Origin: an uncultured Dehalococcoidia bacterium
Lineage (GTDB): Bacteria > Chloroflexota > Dehalococcoidia > SZUA-161 > JAUWZY01
DNA: 39,132 nucleotides
Reading direction: 5' to 3'
NCBI GenBank assembly: GCA_964567075.1
Contig: CAZMKJ010000001.1
Coordinates: forward strand, 1-39,132
Positions 38,133 through 39,132 of the stretch are shown one piece after another; positions within the stretch are counted from its first letter, which is position 1; each line of letters starts with the position of its first letter. Under the pieces are notes generated by a model. That model saw only the letters and a list, made by a program, of their open reading frames with translations, made no database searches and had not been told where the DNA came from. The translations under genes were made by a program, and so were the position numbers.

Positions 38133-38972
38133 ATGTTGTTCACATACAGGGTACATCAAGCTGAGAAGGGGATAGTGGAGAGATGGGGCAAATTTAAGGC
38201 TGTCTGGGATCCGGGGATTCACTTCTTGGTGCCTATTAGGGATTCGCTGGTAGCCAGGGTAGATATGCGCGAGAACGTCATCGATGTGCCACCTCAAGGG
38301 GTTATCAGCAGAGACAATGTGACTGTAGAGGTTGATGCCATCATCTACTATTATGTTGTTGACCCCAAGGCAGTCAAATACGAGATCGCTAATTTCAGCT
38401 ATGCTATCAGCCAACTGGCGCAGACAAACCTCAGGAATTTAATCGGCGACATGACCCTTGATGAGACGCTGACATCCAGGGAGCGCATTAATGCAGCATT
38501 GCGCACGACGCTCGATGAGGCTACCGATAGATGGGGGGTAAAGGTCACCAGGGTTGAATTAAAGAGGATTGACCCACCCCATGACATTGCCGATGCCATG
38601 AGCAAGCAGATGAAGGCGGAGAGGGAGAAGAGGGCTACCATTTTGTCTGCGGAGGCATATAGGGAAAAACAGATACTGGAGGCGGAGGGGGACAGACAGA
38701 ATGCGATATTGATAGCTGAAGGCGAGAAGCAGAAGGCGATATTAACGGCTGAAGGCGAAAGGCAAGCGACGATTTTGATGGCTGAAGGAGAGGCAGAAGC
38801 AATACAGAAGGTATCAGCAGCAGCTGACCAATTCTTTGTCGGCAATGCTCAGGTTCTAAAACAACTTGAAGTGACACAGGCATCCCTGGCAAACAACACC
38901 AAGATCGTGGTATCCGATCAGTCAAAGCTGATCAATGTCCTTGGCCTTGGAGAAAGACCAGCGGGAACCTAA
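38133..38972 (+). CDS. SPFH/band-7 (stomatin/prohibitin-family) protein lacking an evident N-terminal membrane anchor
   Basis: [15 protein letters not shown]...[10 protein letters not shown]...[21 protein letters not shown]...[19 protein letters not shown]...[16 protein letters not shown] is typical SPFH. An EA-rich repeat region follows. Confidence 0.9.
   Translation: MLFTYRVHQAEKGIVERWGKFKAVWDPGIHFLVPIRDSLVARVDMRENVIDVPPQGVISRDNVTVEVDAIIYYYVVDPKAVKYEIANFSYAISQLAQTNLRNLIGDMTLDETLTSRERINAALRTTLDEATDRWGVKVTRVELKRIDPPHDIADAMSKQMKAEREKRATILSAEAYREKQILEAEGDRQNAILIAEGEKQKAILTAEGERQATILMAEGEAEAIQKVSAAADQFFVGNAQVLKQLEVTQASLANNTKIVVSDQSKLINVLGLGERPAGT
38667..38798 (+). repeat. 4 x 33-nt in-frame tandem repeat (11-aa units xxIL-AEGExx) inside the SPFH gene
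   Basis: Units start at 38667, 38700, 38733 and 38766 ([11 protein letters not shown] / [11 protein letters not shown] / [11 protein letters not shown] / [11 protein letters not shown]). The GCTGAAGG cores recur with an exact 33-nt period. Confidence 0.8.
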
Positions 38973-39000
38973 TAGGCATTAAGATCTCGATTTGGCAAAG

Positions 39001-39072
39001 GGCAGCGTAGCTCAGGGGTAGAGCAGGGGACTCATAAGCCTCTGGTCGCTGGTTCGAATCCAGCCGCTGCCA
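39001..39072 (+). tRNA. tRNA with CAU anticodon (elongator Met or Ile2/lysidine type; not initiator), CCA not encoded
   Basis: Hand-folded. Acceptor GGCAGCG/CGCTGCC with the 1:72 pair formed, D stem GCTC/GAGC, anticodon loop CTCATAA, T arm GCTGG-TTCGAAT-CCAGC, discriminator A. The anticodon stem has one A:G mismatch at its loop-proximal pair. Confidence 0.88.
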
Positions 39073-39132
39073 CTTCGTTTTTCTGGTTTTTTGAGGGCTC
39101 ACAAGATTTTGCTTAACACTTTAGGCTAAGCT

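Noticed and set aside
37743-39072. The tRNA-flanked cassette, considered as an integrative mobile element (genomic islet).
   Set aside because: There is no integrase, excisionase or other mobility gene. Both tRNA copies are full length rather than one intact gene plus a short 3' fragment. It is kept as a finding about a duplication or rearrangement, not called a mobile element.
39040-39093. Possible terminator after tRNA(CAU): the T-rich run CTTCGTTTTTCTGGTTTTTT.
   Set aside because: Only a 4-bp CCAG/CTGG pairing with a long loop could be drawn. The T-runs alone are insufficient.

Overview
This is a dense, mostly housekeeping chromosomal segment with about 46 CDS, 2 tRNAs, 1 degenerate tRNA copy and very short intergenic gaps. 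No CRISPR array, transposase, integrase or rRNA is visible.

Minus-strand genes (1-19059):
- 1-6918: ispG(partial)-rseP-dxr-cdsA-uppS-frr-pyrH-tsf-rpsB.
- 8593-19059: nadC-nadB-nadA, yajC, miaB, tRNA-Ser(GCU), dapA-asd-dapB, pnp, rpsO.
- A short plus-strand island (7078-8564) sits between them: a zinc-ribbon protein, dtd, a Fur-family regulator and a small membrane protein.

Plus-strand genes (19192 to the end):
- PadR plus two membrane proteins.
- Two tandem DegV genes, a PlsY-like gene and a P-loop kinase.
- prs, secA, polX.
- Unknown protein, B12-radical SAM, larB, unknown protein, larC.
- A divergent PEPCK-like gene, coaX, coaBC.
- A degenerate tRNA copy, a short NfeD/SPFH pair and tRNA(CAU).

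Lineage: the very short EF-Ts, frequent GTG/TTG starts and tight overlap coupling suggest a Chloroflexota/Dehalococcoidia-like organism. This is inference only.

Most noteworthy observations:
1. An exact CIRCE (HrcA) operator sits behind a strong promoter that drives a zinc-ribbon/Dtd operon rather than chaperones.
2. The larB/larC cluster lacks larE and larA in view, but contains a B12-radical SAM enzyme and two unknown proteins.
3. A DegV-DegV-PlsY-like-P-loop kinase operon has degenerate PlsY signature motifs.
4. An A/T-richer NfeD/SPFH cassette is bracketed by a decayed and an intact copy of the same tRNA. The promoter is on the decayed copy.
5. An A/T-richer, divergent ATP-PEPCK-like gene has an altered P-loop.

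No numeric composition, database or structure computations were possible. All family calls rest on recognisable motifs in the supplied translations.
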